Positions 1-13,617 of a DNA stretch of 64,000 nucleotides are shown here, one piece after another. Origin of the DNA: Tubiluchus corallicola (taxonomy: Eukaryota > Animalia > Priapulida); contig JAQGDQ010000503.1 in the NCBI GenBank assembly GCA_030141605.1, positions 96,978 through 160,977 on the forward strand, in the 5' to 3' direction. Every line of letters starts with the position of its first letter. Position 1 is the stretch's first letter. The notes under the pieces were generated by a model. It did no database searches. It was not told the DNA's origin and saw only the letters and a program-made list of their open reading frames with translations. The translations under genes were made by a program, and so were the position numbers.

Positions 1-3
1 CAG

Positions 4-330
4 TTATCTGTTATGTGACAGCTTAAGGTACTTCCTTGATTTTCGACGCATGCTTTGAAATTCTTGATTGACAAATTTTAAGGTGTAGTAGATACGAACT
101 TTGACGAAGAGTTCCACAAGGTGGCGCACACCATCTTTGCAGAGTTTCATGTTTTGACATGTAACGTTGGATATTATTGTTTCCTTAATGACATGAGACA
201 CATTCTGTGCAGTACAGTATTGGTCAAATGTAGCTCTAAATTGATTTTCTGCCAGACTAAACCACGTTATGAAGTTGTCAGTTGGCACACGCAATCGCCT
301 ATAAAACTCATAATCGTTTATATGGTTTCT
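4..330 (-). pseudogene. C-terminal fragment of a P-element/THAP9-like DNA transposase
   Basis: ORF 4..294 ends ...HLVELFVKVRIYYTLKFVNQ...RRKSRKYLKLSH, resembling the C-terminal helix and basic tail of invertebrate P-element transposases. No catalytic core is seen. Confidence 0.55.
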
Positions 331-981
331 AAAAGTGCTGATTAATACACATTTGCACAGCTGTATCTCTATTTTTCCATATATTTATTTTGGGCAAAAA
401 ACAATAAAAAACTGACAATCATAAATGTGGATGTTTCCCTTCTTTCCGATCAGTCTTGAGCCTCGTTCTGTGCCTGGTCTCAGATAACAAAAATATCCTA
501 CAGAAGTAACTATGAACGTATCGAAAAATTTGAATGTTTGTTTGGTACCGGAAGCTGTACACAAATAAATGTACTACTTGACCAGGTATTCGCAAGCTTT
601 CTCTATAATCAACTTTCTTAACTTCTTTTGTAAATAAGCCTGTTAATTTTCATGAGATATGAATATAATAATTTTTATTTTAACTAATAATTCTAAATAA
701 TATTAAAAAATATCACAGCTGCTATAAATCGGCAAAGACAGATGTAGGCCTTGCAGTCTTTGGTTAGTGTACAAAAAATTAATGATATCTTAAATTGTAA
801 CAAAAGTTACAAAACTGTGCTATGATTAACATTTTAATGTAATTACCTGGCGGCATCCTTGGGAAATTTAAAAAAAGATATTCTAGCGTTTATATCTGTA
901 TTTTTAAAATTCACTGCGGCGCAGTAATGAGTGCCTGCCGACTGGCCATGCTTTGGTGAAGGCATCTCATAAATTCGTCTG

Positions 982-1720
982 CTAGATACCGGTGCGCGAA
1001 CTACTGCGCAGTAGGACTTTCCCCCGCTTTCTGTAGTTTATTGTACATTTCAGTATTTTGTTTTCCTCTTCTAGGTTTCTCATTTTTTCCTCATTTTGCT
1101 TATTCCGTTCTTGCAGATCTTCATATTGCTTTGAAATGAATTCCTGACTTTTCACAAGTCCGCCTATTTGTCTGTTTACTTCTGTAAGTTTTGAATCTAT
1201 TGCTGCAGAATTGTCATAAATCCTCTTACCCAATCGTTCCTCCATTGCTGTCAGTCGTTTCTCAAAAGCGGAAAGAAGTGCCTGCGCTGTATCCTCGTTT
1301 AAGCTGCTATTAGATGAGGCCATATTACTCCCAGTGTTACTATCTGTAGCTGTATGCTCCTTATGTGACTTTTTAAGAGTATTTACCATCTCACGGTTTT
1401 AATCAAAATCTACAGTAAGTTTTCATACCTCATGGTCTTTGCTTCACGTTCTCCGACAAATATTTCATCTAAAACATCCGATTCCTAGTTTTTCGAAGAG
1501 AGCTAGCGTTTTGAAACTTCCGCCTCAGCAGCAGTACGGGGAATCGATTGACGGCTGAGTGTCGAACTTTTCTTTGTTTACGAGTTCGCGCCAATGTCCA
1601 TACAGCATACGAGATACGATGTTTTTTCGTTCCAACGTATTTGGTAGCGTAACACCGAACCGGACTGGTTAACTTCCTAGTCCTCACTTCGCGACTGATT
1701 ACTTGATCGAAAAACAAAAA
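982..1720 (-). mobile_element. 5' UTR and truncated coiled-coil ORF1 of a CR1/L2-group non-LTR retrotransposon
   Basis: ORF 982..1389 has a heptad coiled coil with the SQEFISKQYEDL motif typical of L2/CR1-group ORF1p. The more GC-rich 1470-1720 stretch upstream resembles a 5' UTR. Confidence 0.55.
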
Positions 1721-1728
1721 ACTTACTC

Positions 1729-3660
1729 AAATATGAGGTGAGAAGATCGATATTGTTATGCTTAACATCATTCAGTTTCTTCCAAAAACAGAGAAAGAGT
1801 TTATCAACAATACATTTTCACATAGTGAGTAACAGCATTGTGACACACATGTAATAAGCAGATTGTTCATTATGTAAATAAGCCCTATACGTTTTAGTGG
1901 CTACATTGTTGAAGATTAGTAGCCATTGTTATTATAAGGAACAAATTTACTCTTTTCTTGTTGATTAATTTAGTGTTTGTGTAATAATACTGTACAAGCA
2001 TTAAAAAAACATTTGGACGCGAGGACTTTTAGACACATAAGACATTTAATTGGACATATAAGACATTTAGACACGGTAATTTGGATGCATGGGTCATTTT
2101 GAAACAATCACGGTGCCGGTGGACATACCAATAAAATTTATTAAAGCCTGTAGCATTATTATATCAAAACACATTAGCTATATTTTTAATCAAATGACTA
2201 TGCGTAGTAAGTTCCCAGATTTATGCAAAACTATTATTATTATTATTATTTATTTATTGACCATGGTCAAAGATATATACAAAAAGTCATAAGAATCGTT
2301 CCGAGATAGTTGCAACATTTAAGAAATTTAGGCTGATCATAGTCCATAGATCACTCAATGTATGGTGTAGTAACAATTAGAGACCAAAAATGGCTAGAGC
2401 ATCGTGTACAAAATTACAAATATCAGCGGGATTTCCGCTGAAAAAAGTCACTAAATCATCAAATATTAAATCGGAATTGTTTCTTAAGATACTACAAACC
2501 CATGCACAAACGCGGAGAGATAGATGATCCGAATAATTATCGTCCAATATCCATAAATCATGGAATTTCAAAATTTTCAAAAGTATTCTATACCAGCAAT
2601 TAAGCGATTATTAAGGAAAACAATGACCTCATACTTTGTTGCCTCGCTACTTCGCAGTTCATTTATCGCTGACCCGCTGTTCACTACCAGCATTACCAAC
2701 CAAGAAAACTTTATCTGTGTTTTTGTGCAGTCTTCTATCTGCCATTTGCCCATATTGTTCCATATTGCCCACATTAAACTGCTGATGAAAGCCGTAATGA
2801 ATTTCTAAATGAAATATCTATTTTTCTGTTTTTCAACAGAAAGAACAAAACTTTACAATCCACGAATCCGTTTATGATTTTTGTACTGATATTTTCAATG
2901 ATGGATGCCAAATCGTTAAAAATCTGTAAGTTGAGTTATCACAGTCCTTGATGGTCAGCTACATCTAGAGATCCGTTGGCAATGTCATACAAACAGTTTT
3001 TACATAAACACAATACATTTTATTGTGTAATTAAAAAAGTGTAAATTCAATTCATAAAAAGCACACATAAAAATATTTACAAAATTGATTACTACAGCTA
3101 GCATTAGTGATATCGAATTATTTTACAAATTATTTGGTAATTCAGAATCTTTGTATTGATATACTTCAATAGAGTATTCCATATCACTATAAATCTGCAA
3201 TAATTTCATTGATTTTTCAAGTTCAGACTTCGTATTTCTTTCACAAAGTACAATGCATTTCTCGCCATGTAGCGTTGTTGCAGTACACTTGTGTTTTGAG
3301 TCTGTTAGAGTACAGCGCAGATCTGACAAGCAAACAGTTAATAAAGCTAAGGCACATACTGCCAATAGCAAAGTGATGCTTATGCCAAAGTGAAATTCGG
3401 TAAAATATCTCTTCTGAGCATAAAATATGAGGTAAGAAGATCGATATTGTTATGGTTAACATCATTCAGTTTCTTCCAAAAACAGAGAAAGAGTTTATCA
3501 ACAATACATTTTCACATAGTGATTAACAGCATTGTGACACACATGCAATAAGCAGATTGTTCATTGTGTAAATAAGCCCTATACGTTTTAGTAGCTACAT
3601 TGTTGAAGATTAGTAGCCATTGTTATTATATGGAACAAATTTACTTATTTTTTGTTGATT
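1729..3660 (+). repeat. Dispersed ~240-bp direct duplication (1729-1965 and 3423-3660)
   Basis: AAATATGAGGT(G/A)AGAAGATCGATATTGTTATG...GGAACAAATTTAC...TTGTTGATT occurs twice with few substitutions. Confidence 0.9.
2110..2232 (+). pseudogene. Short LINE ORF2 (pre-RT region) fragment
   Basis: PVDIPIKFIKACSIIISKHISYIFNQMTMRSKFPDLCK matches the GPDGIP..LK......L..IFN.S...G.FP..WK segment just before the RT domain of CR1/L2 elements. Confidence 0.6.
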
Positions 3661-3768
3661 AGCTTTTTTATACAAGTCAGCATAATTCTGGTAGAGTTCT
3701 ACCTGGTTTTTCTGTCTGACAGTAATGCTCATTCAGGGAAATCATTTGATTGTTGTTATCCCTGCTGA

Positions 3769-5870
3769 CACGTGTGCGGCGTACTGTTGACTGATTAAAT
3801 TTGTTCGTTTGCGGCATACTGTTGACTGATTAAAGTTGTTCGAGTGTAGCCTACTGTGGACTGATTGAAGTTGTTTGTGTGCGGCCCACTGTTGCCTGAT
3901 TGAAGTTGTTCGTGTGCGGCCTACTGTGGACTGATTGAAGTTGTTCGTGTGCGGCCTACTGTTGACTGATTAAATTTGTTCGTTTGCGGCCTGCTGTTGA
4001 CTGATTAAAGTTGTTCGAGTGTAGCCTACTGTGGACTGATTGAAGTTGTTTGTGTGCGGCCCACTGTTGCCTGATTGAAGTTGTTCGTGTGCGGCCTGCT
4101 GTGGACTGATTGAAGTTGTTTGTGTGCGGCCCACTGTTGACTGATTAAAGTTGTTCGAGTGTAGCCTACTGTGGACTGATTGAAGTTGTTTGTGTGCGGC
4201 CCACTGTTGCCTGATTGAAGTTGTTCGTGTGCGGCCTACTGTGGACTGATTGAAGTTGTTCGTGTGCGGCCTACTGTGGACTGATTGAAGTTGTTCGTGT
4301 GCGGCCTGCTGTGGACTGATTGAAGTTGTTTGTGTGCGGCTTACTGTTGTGATTGAAGTTGTTCATGTGCGGCCTACTGTGGACTGATTGAAGTTGTTTG
4401 TGTGCGGCCCACTGTTGCCTGATTGAAGTTGTTCGTGTGCGGCTTACTGTGGACTGATTAAAGTTGTTTGTGTGCGGCTTACTGTTGTGATTGAAGTTGT
4501 TCATGTGCGGCCTACTGTGGACTGATTGAAGTTGTTTGTGTGCGGCCCACTGTTGCCTGATTGAAGTTGTTCGTGTGCGGCCTACTGTGGACTGATTGAA
4601 GTTGTTTGTGTGCGGCTTACTGTTGTGATTGAAGTTGTTCATGTGCGGCCTACTGTGGACTGATTGAAGTTGTTTGTGTGTGGCTTACTGTTGTGATTGA
4701 AGTTGTTCATGTGCGGCCTACTGTGGACTGATTGAAGTTGTTTGTGTGCGGCCCACTGTTGCCTGATTGAAGTTGTTCGTGTGCGGCTTACTGTGGACTG
4801 ATTGAAGTTGTTTGTGTGCGGCTTACTGTTGTGATTGAAGTTGTTCATGTGCGGCCTACTGTGGACTGATTGAAGTTGTTTGTGTGCGGCCCACTGTTGC
4901 CTGATTGAAGTTGTTCGTTGCGGCTTACTGTGGACTGATTAAGTTGTTTGTGTGCGGCTTACTGTTGTGATTGAAGTTGTTCATGTGCGGCCTACTGTGG
5001 ACTGATTGAAGTTGTTTGTGTGCGGCCCACTCGATTGAAGTTGTTCGTGTGCGGCCTACTGTGGACTGATTGAAGTTGTTTGTGTGCGGCTTACTGTTGT
5101 GATTGAAGTTGTTCATGTGCGGCCTACTGTGGACTGATTGGTTGTTTGTGTGCGGCCCACTGTTGCCTGATTGAAGTTGTTCGTGTGCGGCTTACTGTGG
5201 ACTGATTGAAGTTGTTTGTGTGCGGCTTACTGTTGTGATTGAAGTTGTTCATGTGCGGCCTACTGTGGACTGATTGAAGTTGTTTGTGTGCGGCTTACTG
5301 TTGCCTGATTGAAGTTGTTCGTGTGCGGCTTACTGTGGACTGATTGAAGTTGTTTGTGTGCGGCTTACTGTTGTGATTGAAGTTGTTCGTGTGCGGCCTA
5401 CTGTGGACTGATTGAAGTTGTTTGTGTGCGGCACTGTTGTGATTGAAGTTGTTCATGTGCGCCTACTGTGGACTGATTAGCCTACTGTGGACTGATTGAA
5501 GTTGTTTGTGTGTAGCCTACTGTTGACTGATTAAATTTGTTCGTTTGCGGCATACTGTTGACTGATTAAAGTTGTTCGAGTGTAGCCTACTGTGGACTGA
5601 TTGAAGTTGTTTGTGTGCGGTGGCTTATTGAAGTTGTTCATGTGCAGCCTACTGTGGACTGATTGAAGTTGTTTGTGTGTGGCTTACTGTTGTGATTGAA
5701 GTTGTTCATGTGCGGCCTACTGTGGACTGATTGAAGTTGTTTGTGTGTGGCTTACTGTTGTGATTGAAGTTGTTCATGTGCGGCCTAACTGATTGAAGTT
5801 GTTCGTGTGCGGCCTACTGTGGACTGATTGAAGTTGTTTGTGTGTAGCCTACTGTTGACCTATTGAAGTT
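3769..5870. repeat. 35-bp minisatellite, array 1 (GTGTGCGGCCTACTGTGGACTGATTGAAGTTGTTC and variants)
   Basis: Directly visible tandem repeat with recurring variant units (34-35 bp) forming higher-order blocks. Confidence 0.97.
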
Positions 5871-5879
5871 GCTAAGAAC

Positions 5880-6520
5880 TTTTGCAGTCACAGTAGCTAC
5901 ACTTTTTTGTGACAGTACACAATTGTCGACAGTCTGTGCAAGCAATCGAGTTGCAGAATTCCATGGCATTAACCATGTTAGAGGCATTGTCACTTATTAT
6001 CATAAATTCTTTCTCCCTGACATCCCAATGTTCAAATTGTGCTGTTGGATATCTGTGTGGCTGTCATACATTGGTAGTTTGTTGACTATAAAAGCATTTA
6101 GAATCATGGTCTGCACGAAAAATGGTTCATAATACTCAAAAATGCTTCTTCGTCTCTTGCAGACCAAATGCCGCATGTTATGTTTGCGTACTATGGTGAT
6201 GCTTAGTTGACTTGGAATTTCAGTTTCTACCTTGTTGAAATTTCACGTTGGGGTTGCAGTTTACTTAAGAGTTGTCTAAATCCTGGCTTCTCAGCCAATT
6301 GGAGAGATTCTTCTTCTACAGCTATAATAACCGAGATGACATTTGTTATTTGCATTGCATTTTCAGAATGCCGTGGTGACCTTTAAATCGATGTCTCCGA
6401 AATTGTTTTTTGCTTTAATGCCAAAGATTGAGATTCCCACATTTTACTTTTATGTTACCTTCTTCTTACGGCTTTAACTTCTGTGCAGTTAGACCTGATA
6501 AGAAAATTAAAAACACTTGG
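5880..6520 (-). pseudogene. Decayed hAT (ZBED1/ZBED4-like) transposase fragment
   Basis: Manual minus-strand translation across frameshifts gives ITNVISVIIAVEEESLQLAEKPGFRQLLSKLQPQREISTR, ITCGIWSARDEEAFLSIMNHF and ISDNASNMVNAM. These match the hAT motifs ..PGFR.LL..L.P.Y.IPSR, T.D.WTS....FL..TAHF and TDNA.NM. Confidence 0.75.
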
Positions 6521-7739
6521 TTAGGAATTTATGTCACGTGTTCTGTCGACTTGTATTATAGTAGTTGTATTGATGTTTTGAATAGCAATATAAGCTTTTT
6601 GGAGTTCTTCCATATGTGTATTAGATTATGGAATGCTATTTTCATAAATTTATATATAGACTAATTCAATTCAATTCACTTCAGTGTAATTCAATTTATT
6701 TATCTCTTTATGGTGTTACAATAAAACATGATTAATAAAAGAATCTCTAATAAGTTTTGAAGAATGGTTAAAATGTATAGATAGATCTAGAACTAGAGAA
6801 AGGATTGCAAAAAGACTATAAAGTCACCTAGTCTGCTATCCTTTACCGAATATAGATAAAAAGGTTTTTTAGGCACTGGTGGACATTAATGTTATCAGTT
6901 CAATTTACGAAACATTAGTGATTTTTAAAATCATGAGATTTTCTATATAATCCAGAGAGAAGAATATACATGTAGTTTAATTAGCGGGCAACAAAATAAG
7001 GTCAATCTTGATTAAACTAAAAATTGCATTTAGATTTTATGTGAAATACAGGTCAAAATTCTTATGAAATGATAAAAACACTTTGAGTTAATAATGCTAT
7101 TGATCAATGTAATTGTAACTATGTAATTTACACATGCATAAATTATTCATAAATTGAACGAAGTCTAGGAATCTCACAGTGACCTCATGAACGGCTCTTT
7201 CGTTCCTCTCATTTCTCGGCTGATGGGTTATCAAACATTTCATTAGTCAAGCAAATGTAAAGAATAATACAGTTAATGGCTATTTCACTGTTTAGCATCT
7301 TCGGGATTTTATTCACAGCATTATACCCAAATTTAGATTAAGTTATAAATTTGACGATACTTCAGAGCAGCTCACGTAATCATTCACATATTAGCACATA
7401 ACTAAATTTCATCGTAGGACTGAAATAGAAACAAAAAAGGAGAGAAATTGAATGCAGTAAATATGGAAAATCAATAATTATTACAAATTTAGATATGGAA
7501 AGACAAAAGTTATGCCTAGCACCTTTAGTGCTGTTCTTTTATTTTACAAAGATCAGGTAGCTATTGAGATGGAAAGCATATAGAAACCCCATTTCAAAAT
7601 ATGTATAATTACTACTAGGTCCCCATCTGTAACCAAACTAAATGCTGTAAAATAAACTAATTTAATTACATTCTAATTTATTGTAATAATTTACCTCGTC
7701 ACCCTTGGTGCCATCGGAGGCACTCCCCCTTGTGCTAGA

Positions 7740-10700
7740 GTGTGTAGCCTACTGTTGGCTGATTGAAGTTGTTCATGTGCGGCCTACTGTTGGCTGATTG
7801 AAGTTGTTCATGTGCGGCCTACTGTTGACTGATTGAAGTTGTTCATGTGCAGCCTACTGTTGGCTGATTGAAGTTGTTCATGTGCGGCCTACTGTTGACT
7901 GATTGAAGTTGTTCATGTGCAGCCTACTGTTGGCTGATTGAAGTTGTTCATGTGCAGCCTACTGTTGACTGATTGAAGTTGTTCATGTGCGGCCTACTCT
8001 TGCCTGATTGAAGTTGTTCATGTGCAGCCTACTGTTGGCTGATTGAAGTTGTTCATGTGCGGCCTACTGTTGACTGATTGAAGTTGTTCATGTGCAGCCT
8101 ACTGTTGACTGATTGAAGTTGTTCATGTGCAGCCTACTGTTGGCTGATTGAAGTTGTTCATGTGTAGCCTACTGTTGGCTGATTGAAGTTGTTCATGTGC
8201 AGCCTACTGTTGGCTGATTGAAGTTGTTCATGTGCAGCCTACTGTTGACTGATTGAAGTTGTTCATGTGCGGCCTACTGTTGACTGATTGAAGTTGTTCA
8301 TGTGCAGCCTACTGTTGACTGATTGAAGTTGTTCATGTGCAGCCTACTGTTGACTGATTGAAGTTGTTCATGTGCAGCCTACTGTTGACTGATTGAAGTT
8401 GTTCATGTGCGGCCTACTGTTGACTGATTGAAGTTGTTCATGTGCAGCCTACTGTTGACTGATTGAAGTTGTTCATGTGTAGCCTACTGTTGGCTGATTG
8501 AAGTTGTTCATGTGCAGCCTACTGAGGGCTGATTGAAGTTGTTCATGTGTACCCTACTGTTGACTGATTGAAGTTGTTCGTGTGCAGCCTACTGTTGACT
8601 GATTGAAGTTGTTCATGTGCGGCCTACTGTTGGCTGATTGAAGTTGTTCATGTGCGGCTTACTGTTGGCTGATTGAAGTTGTTCATGTGCGGCCTACTGT
8701 TGGCTGATTGAAGTTGTTCATGTGCGGCCTACTGTTGACTGATTGAAGTTGTTCATGTGCGGCCTACTGTTGACTGATTGAAGTTGTTCATGTGCAGCCT
8801 ACTGTTGACTGATTGAAGTTGTTCATGTGCAGCCTACTGTTGACTGATTGAAGTTGTTCATGTGCAGCCTACTGTTGACTGATTGAAGTTGTTCATGTGT
8901 GGCCTACTGTTGACTGATTGAAGTTGTTCATGTGCAGCCTACTGTTGACTGATTGAAGTTGTTCATGTGTAGCCTACTGTTGGCTGATTGAAGTTGTTCA
9001 TGTGTAGCCTACTGTTGACTGATTGAAGTTGTTCATGGAGCCTACTGTTGGCTGAGAATTCATGTGCGGCCTACTGTTGACTGATTGAAGTTGTTCATGT
9101 GCGGCCTACTGTTGACTGATTGAAGTTGTTCTTGTGCGGCCTACTGTTGACTGATTGAAGTTGTTCATGTGCAGCCTACTGTTGACTGATTGAAGTTGTT
9201 CATGTGCAGCCTACTGAGGGCTGATTGAAGTTGTTTATGTGTACCCTACTGTTGACTGATTGAAGTTGTTCGTGTGCAGCCTACTGTTAACTGATTGATG
9301 TTGTTCGTGTGCGGCCTACTGTTGGCTGATTGAAGTTGTTCGTATGTGGCTTACTGTTGGCTGATTGAAGTTGTTCGTGTGCGGCCTACTGTTGGCTGAT
9401 TGAAGTTGTTCGTATGTGGCTTACTGTTGACTGATTGAAGTTGTTCATGTGCGGCCTACTCTTGCCTGATTGAAGTTGTTCATGTGCAGCCTACTGTTGG
9501 CTGATTGAAGTTGTTCATGTGCGGCCTCCTGTTGACTGATTGAAGTTGTTTGTGTGCGGCCTACTGTTGACTGATTAAAGTTGTTCGAGTGTAGCCTACT
9601 GTGGACTGATTGAAGTTGTTTGTGTGCGGCCCACTGTTGCCTGATTGAAGTTGTTCGTGTGCGGCCTACTGTTGACTGATTAAATTTGTTCGTTTGTGGC
9701 ATACTGTTGACTGATTAAAGTTGTTCGAGTGTAGCCTACTGTGGACTGATTGAAGTTGTTTGTGTGTAGCCTACTGTTGGCTGATTGAAGTTGTTCATGT
9801 GCAGCCTACTGTTGACTGATTGAAGTTGTTCATGTGCGGCCTACTGTTGACTGATTGAAGTTGTTCATGTGCAGCCTACTGTTGACTGATTGAAGTTGTT
9901 CATGTGCAGCCTACTGTTGACTGATTGAAGTTGTTCATGTGTGGCCTACTGTTGACTGATTGAAGTTGTTCATGTGCAGCCTACTGTTGACTGATTGAAG
10001 TTGTTCATGTGTAGCCTACTGTTGGCTGATTGAAGTTGTTCATGTGTAGCCTACTGTTGACTGATTGAAGTTGTTCATGTGCAGCCTACTGTTGGCTGAT
10101 TGAAGTTGTTCATGTGCGGCCTACTGTTGACTGATTGAAGTTGTTCATGTGCGGCCTACTGTTGACTGATTGAAGTTGTTCTTGTGCGGCCTACTGTTGA
10201 CTGATTGAAGTTGTTCATGTGCAGCCTACTGTTGACTGATTGAAGTTGTTCATGTGCAGCCTACTGAGGGCTGATTGAAGTTGTTCATGTGTACCCTACT
10301 GTTGACTGATTGAAGTTGTTCGTGTGCAGCCTACTGTTAACTGATTGAAGTTGTTCGTGTGCGGCCTACTGTTGGCTGATTGAAGTTGTTCGTATGTGGC
10401 TTACTGTTGGCTGATTGAAGTTGTTCGTGTGCGGCCTACTGTTGGCTGATTGAAGTTGTTCGTATGTGGCTTACTGTTGACTGATTGAAGTTGTTCATGT
10501 GCGGCCTACTCTTGCCTGATTGAAGTTGTTCATGTGCAGCCTACTGTTGGCTGATTGAAGTTGTTCATGTGCGGCCTACTGTTGACTGATTGAAGTTGTT
10601 CTTGTGCGGCCTACTGTTGACTGATTGAAGTTGTTCATGTGCAGCCTACTGTTGACTGATTGAAGTTGTTCATGTGCAGCCTACTGTTGACTGATTGAAG

Positions 10701-11146
10701 TTGTTCATGTGCAGCCTACTGTTGGCTGATTGAAGTTGTTCATGTGCAGCCTACTGTTGACTGATTGAAGTTGTTCATGTGCGGCCTACTGTTGGCTGAT
10801 GGAAGTTGTTCATGTGCGGCTTACTGTTGGCTGATTGAAGTTGTTCATGTGCGGCCTACTGTTGGCTGATTGAAGTTGTTCATGTGCGGCCTACTGTTGA
10901 CTGATTGAAGTTGTTCATGTGCGGCCTACTGTTGACTGATTGAAGTTCTTTGTGTGCGGCCTACTGTTGACTGATTGAAGTTGTTCATGTGCGGCCTACT
11001 GTTGGCTGATTGAAGTTGTTCATGTGCGGCCTACTGTTGGCTGATTGAAGTTGTTCATGTGCGGCCTACTGTTGACTGATTGAAGTTGTTCATATGCGGC
11101 CTACTGTTGGCTGATTGAAGTTGTTCATGTGCAGCCTACTGTTGAC
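7740..11146. repeat. 35-bp minisatellite, array 2 (ATGTGCGGCCTACTGTTGACTGATTGAAGTTGTTC)
   Basis: Directly visible tandem array of the same family as array 1. It contains an internal ~1 kb higher-order duplication and a patch of array-1-type variant units at about 9540-9770. Confidence 0.97.
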
Positions 11147-11575
11147 AGTTGGAATAACAACTGTTAATACAGCCAATCACGAGAGTTCCTTTCCTAATGT
11201 GTTCACTGCAGTCATTCTCAAAACAACTAAGCGTGAATTATATTTGTGATACGCACATTTGAATTGCAAAATAACTGCAGTCATCTGAGTTCCATAAAAT
11301 ACAAATGCTGCCAACTACAGGCATCAGTGAAAGTTATTTACCTCTGACATTTCTGGCAGCATCTATATTAACAAATCGCAACTTGTATTAAATCTCATCA
11401 AAATTTAAAATAATTCAGTGCAGCTGGGTCTATTCAAAATAGGAATGTAAGAGAAATACAATGTTTAGCTCATAAAAGACAAATCAGTATAAGTCAAGAG
11501 TTAACTAGTTTGGCATGATTACAACAGTAGCTTTTATTGAACTGAACATTTTGCACAAATTAAAGTAATGCAATA

Positions 11576-12845
11576 TTACACACCTGTGTATTTTCCTGGT
11601 GCTTGATATGAAGAATCATAATCGCATCCAAAAACCTTCCTGTTGAGCTCATTCACTGTCTGCTTCAATTCTCTCTTTTTCTCAATGCACCTGTCTGAGT
11701 TTAGAGCTGGTAGTTTGGTGGATCTTGCAGACATTTCACACGACGTTTTTGTTGAGCCCATTCTGCCATCATACGCTGACTGTCGACAAGGGAACGCACA
11801 TGGTGTCCTTGCCTTGTTCTCCAGAAAAGACTTCGATTATTCTGTCTAGAAGGCAGGTCATTTCCTCCACTCCTTGTGTCGCACGACGACAGTGCCGAGC
11901 TAGCTCGTGTCTCGTCAATTGTCTTCTGACGTTAGTCCAGCAGTCCAGCGGCCATCTCCGTCAATCCAGCACCTTCTGCACACGTGGCAACAGATATGAG
12001 CACTTGTCCTAGTTCATTACCCACATTCGTACTGTGGCCAGCCAACTTCTTCACGACCTTCTTCGTGGAATCCATCTTCAGTATTTTGCCAAAAGTCGAT
12101 GTAACCTTAGCCTTCACCTCAACTAGCCTCTGAAGAGCGTCGAGAGCATATACACTCAAAAGCCATTTTGGAGTTGGTACGGATGGCATTTGGGGAATAG
12201 CCACAATCCTCACTGGTGTTATCATGGCTGAAGCAAATGGCTCGCATGCTGTCAGGTATTGTGCTGTTTTCACTAAGCATGCTTCAGTGTGAGATGCCAA
12301 GAGTTTATTGTATAACTGCGCTGATGTATTCCCCTTGCTTCTCTCTCTCAACAATATCAGAAGACGCTTGCTACATGCATACCTGTATGTTAGTAGTGCA
12401 GGAAACTGCGAACGCTGGCCTACATCGATTTGCTGCAGTATTCCTGGGCACCATGCTGCAACTTTGATATGGCATACTCTACATTCCAGATAGTCAGTAG
12501 CAAGAAGAAAGGTGCCATCCACATCGACTACTTGGCAAACTGTCTTTTAATATCCACAAAGAGCCATTTGTCCTACGCAGTCAGGTTTGACACACTGCAG
12601 TCTCACCTTCCAGAAACGAAGTGGCATCCAAAGAAATAATGGTCTTGCAAAAAACAGAGCCGTGGATGCTGGTGGCTGATTATGAATCATTAGAGGTTGT
12701 GGTGGATGAACCCACATCTGGATGTTCGGCTTCAACTGCCGTTTACCACCAGGTTCAATGATGGAAACAGCTTTAGAGATCCAGGCCTGTTCCCTCTTTG
12801 GTATGGCTTCTTTCGTTTGTATGTCCTTGGCATGGAGGACTGAAT
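11576..12845 (-). pseudogene. Fragmented DUF6729-type protein, probably a DNA-transposon-encoded transposase
   Basis: FFARPLFLWMP..W...L.C, YLEC..C.....W...IL.Q.D...RSQFPALLTY.YAC and LKMDSTKKVVKKLAG..TNVGNE.GQVL.SV.T..EG.GL are hallmarks of this widespread animal family. Frameshifts and internal deletions are present. Confidence 0.65.
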
Positions 12846-12883
12846 AGAACATCAGGAATATAGAGAAAGCAATACCTAAAATG

Positions 12884-13272
12884 ACAGTGGGGTAAGTTGA
12901 TCACCTGATCAAAATACCCCACTATGGCAAGATCATTTTACCCCATCCCATGTCACTTCACAAAAACTTCAACACACAAAAATCCAATCGCCAGAAAAGA
13001 ATTTAAATTGTCACAATTAAAGCATAAATATAACCGGTTGCTATATGCAAATGCAAATAACAAGCTATAGTAATATTAACACATACCTGATTCGCTGATT
13101 TTATGACCTATTTCTCTCCCTGTTCTACAGAACGCTTCTGCACAAAAATGGCGGATAGGCTATCAGTGGAGTCATTGCCTAATGATTCATGGAACATCTG
13201 AAAGACCTTATGGCACCACTAGTTTAGGATGATCAACCTGCCCCACTGTTCAACTTACCCCACTCTCCCCTA
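12884..13272. mobile_element. pogo/Tc1-mariner-type MITE remnant
   Basis: ACAGTGGGGTAAGTTGATCA at about 12884 is inverted relative to TGATCAACCTGCCCCACTGTTCAACTTACCCCACTCTCCCCTA at about 13230-13272. The right end terminates in TA. Confidence 0.55.
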
Positions 13273-13448
13273 TTAATAAACAATATATTTGAGCATGTTA
13301 TAAACCAGGTCACAGCTTCTTTCATGTAGGTGGATGCATACCTTTAGTTCAATAATGATACTAATGGCAGTATATTATTGTGAACGGTTAGTGCTCTATA
13401 AGAACTAATTTATTCACATTGCAACAAGTGTATAATAATGTAGCGTAC

Positions 13449-13617
13449 CTTGTCACACGGAGCGGAGCCGGCGGAAGCACCACGCCCTGCTCAACAGGGC
13501 AGCAGGAGTGCTTCCTCGCGGCCCCAAACCTAGCGTTTCCTAGGCCCTGACAGCCAATGTTGATCAACCTGAAGCCAGGCCCGATACCGGGCCTGTCGAA
13601 ATTTCTGCAGCATCGTC
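13449..13617 (-). other. Putative coding exon of an unknown protein (CCRNFDRPGIGPGFRLINIGCQGLGNARFG), copy 1
   Basis: GC-rich island bounded by TTTTCAG acceptor and AG/GTACG donor. A paralog at about 15100-15300 differs mostly at synonymous sites. Confidence 0.55.

Noticed and set aside
3769-11146. 35-bp arrays as a CRISPR array or mucin-like CDS
   Set aside because: Units are contiguous with no unique spacers, there are no cas genes and the context is eukaryotic. The period is not a multiple of 3 and stops recur.
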